In this document: piece by piece, positions 61,961-64,000 of the stretch
How positions within the stretch are numbered: the first letter of the stretch is position 1
Layout: the number at the start of each line of letters is the position of its first letter
From: Leucoraja erinacea
Taxonomy: Eukaryota
Assembly: GCF_028641065.1 (NCBI RefSeq)
Contig: NC_073402.1
Coordinates: 27,900,001 to 27,964,000, forward strand
Direction: 5' to 3'
DNA length: 64,000 nucleotides
Made by a program: the position numbers and the translations under genes
Notes under the pieces: generated by a model
Told to the model about the DNA's origin: nothing
The model's database searches: none
Seen by the model: only the letters and a program-made list of their open reading frames with translations

Positions 61961-63066
61961 ACCCTGTAGCTTCACATCCTCCTATGACTGTCCAGGAAAA
62001 TACTTTGGGATATCCTTTGAAAGAGAAACAGTGATAGTTATTATCAAGTCATCTGCTCTGATTTACTCCTTTCAGGAAATGTTGTGTGCCTATCTGGATC
62101 TGTATGATAATATTATATTTACATTAAAAGGACAGTGCACCAGATACTAGCCTTGCTATCAATGTCACAGCTTTATACCTGAGACAAACCATGATTGTTG
62201 GGTCCAAATGGTGCTAAATCAAAGTAAGCCTGGAGTATATTAGCTCGGCGCATGGAGAAACACCATGAGTTATAACTCAGAGGCACATTTTTGTTCAATC
62301 TGTAGTTTGTTATTTCACATTAATTGCTCAGAACATTTAAGATTGCCTTGTGTTGTCTTTATTTTAGAACAGCTCAAATTTTTCATCCAATAAATTACTG
62401 TAAATAAAAATTGGTAATAGTCAACAGGGGTAAATATTGGAACCAATGGTTTTAATAACATTTAATGATAGAGAAAAAGCAAATAATGTGAAAGGAATAG
62501 AGTATATTAGTGTCACAAAGTTGTACAGCACAGAAACTGGCCAAAGTTGTCAACCAAGTTGGCATTTTAGGCTGGACCCATTTGTTGCATTTGGTCCATG
62601 TCCCTCTAAAGTCTGCCCATTCATACAGTATATCTGTCCCAAAGTCTTTTGATAGTCGTCATTGTATCTACCTCTATAGCTTCATATTGCTATAATATTT
62701 GTATGGTTCTAAAGGATTATAAGGGGAGATTAGATTTAGTAAGAAAAAGAGGTACAGGTATAAAAAAGCTTTAATAATAGAAATATTGATGGAATCTGAT
62801 TTCGTGAGCCTCAACCATTCTGCAATCTATTCAGTTGTCCAAAACAACTCTCGTCTTGCAGCCTATCCTTATCTGGTAATCAATTGCTGATTTTTTTTTT
62901 TAATCCACCTAATTTTAAAAGCATGTAAAAGTTGTTAGGCTCCCAGCAAATACCATAAAAATATCATAAACATGAAATTATAAAATATATTCCATGGGTT
63001 AAATTGACATTATAATAAAATGCTGATGAGTAGCTTGCAGTTTTGTAGAGAATCACTGACTAGCTA

Positions 63067-64000
63067 CAGTGCCCATGTCAGCATATTTCAGCATGTAATG
63101 CAGTAGAGAATGTGCAGAACCCAGGGAGGTGAGATGACGGCGCACATCACATCTCGCACCAGTGCTCGACTCGGTAATTCAACAATGCACTGAGCTGAGG
63201 GACCAGCTGCACTTTCCGGGTTACAGTTGAGGATAAGTGAGCCAGTACCTGCAGCAGCCATACATGCCCAGGCCATAAAACTATCACCCCCCACCCGCCA
63301 TGTTTCACAGATGAGGTGGTATGCTTTGGATCTTGGGCAGTTCCTTCTTTCCTCCATACTTTTCTCTTGCCATCACTCTGATATAAGTTAATCTTTGTCT
63401 CATCTGTCCACAAGACCTTTTTCCAGAACTGTGGTTGATCTCTTAAGTACTTCTAGGCAAACTGTAACCCAGCCATCCTATTTTTGCAGCTAACCAGTGG
63501 TTTGCTTCTTGCAGTGTAGCCTCTGTATTTCTGTTCATGAAGTCTTCTGTGGACAGTGGTCATTGACAAATCCACACCTGACTCCCGAAGAGGGTTTCTG
63601 ATCTGTCGGACAGGTATTTGGGGATTTTTCTTTATTATAGAGAGCTGTCATTAGCTATGGAGGTCTTTCTTGGCCTGCCAATCTCTTTGCAATTAGTAAG
63701 CTCACCAGTGCTCTCTTTCTTCTTCATGATGTTCCAAACAGTTGATTTTGGTAAGCCTAAGGTTTGGCCGATGTCTCAAACAGTTTTATTCGTGTTTCTC
63801 CATCTCATAATGGCTTAATGGGGGGGAGGGGACTATGTATAAACACGGCTGTATTTTCTATATGGTGAAACCAAAATGTACAAAAAATGCCTTTATTAAA
63901 ATCTGACAATGTGCACTTTAACCACATGTGATTTTTTTTTTCTATTACAAATCTCAAATTGTGGAGTACAGAGGCAAATAAGTAAATGATGGGTCTTTGT
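63067..64000 (-). mobile_element. Tc1/mariner transposon remnant
   Basis: WTDETKINLYQSDGKRKVWRKEGTAQDPKHTTSSVKHGG is the first catalytic D motif of Tc1 transposases; TA-CAGTGCCC at 63065-63074; terminal repeat from about 63835. Confidence 0.85.

Noticed and set aside
1-64000. CRISPR array or prokaryotic defence system
   Set aside because: The DNA is eukaryotic with spliceosomal introns; the recurring short repeats are dispersed retroelement ends, not regularly spaced repeat-spacer units.

Overview
This is vertebrate genomic DNA. The repeat set (V-SINEs of HE1 type, CR1/HER1 LINE ends, many Penelope ends) suggests a cartilaginous fish such as a skate or ray. I assembled three + strand genes by hand from splice sites and frame continuity. 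(1) A complete LAPTM-family gene at the LAPTM5 position (CDS 2402-15898, 7 exons, 244 aa, plus a candidate 38-nt cassette exon). (2) A complete 8-exon matrilin-1 gene (MATN1, CDS 23104-47099, 495 aa; vWA-EGF-vWA-coiled coil) whose last intron is a U12-type AT-AC intron. (3) The promoter and first two exons of PPP1R8/NIPP1 (51527-61161, continuing beyond the window). The most unusual signal is three tiny CAAAGA...TCTTTG-type inserts (34, 30 and 22 bp), each flanked by an exact 8-bp target duplication. They resemble P-element-type excision footprints, all lie near CpG-rich regulatory DNA, and one forms a perfect hairpin 22 nt upstream of the LAPTM start codon. Other signals: a 4-TM, PY-motif-less LAPTM5 with a possible ER-retrieval splice isoform; a LINE-derived candidate branch point; a 5'-inverted L1; Penelope minimal hammerheads; and an overlapping uORF on PPP1R8. 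Protein identities come from my recall of human sequences, not database searches, and repeat boundaries are approximate.
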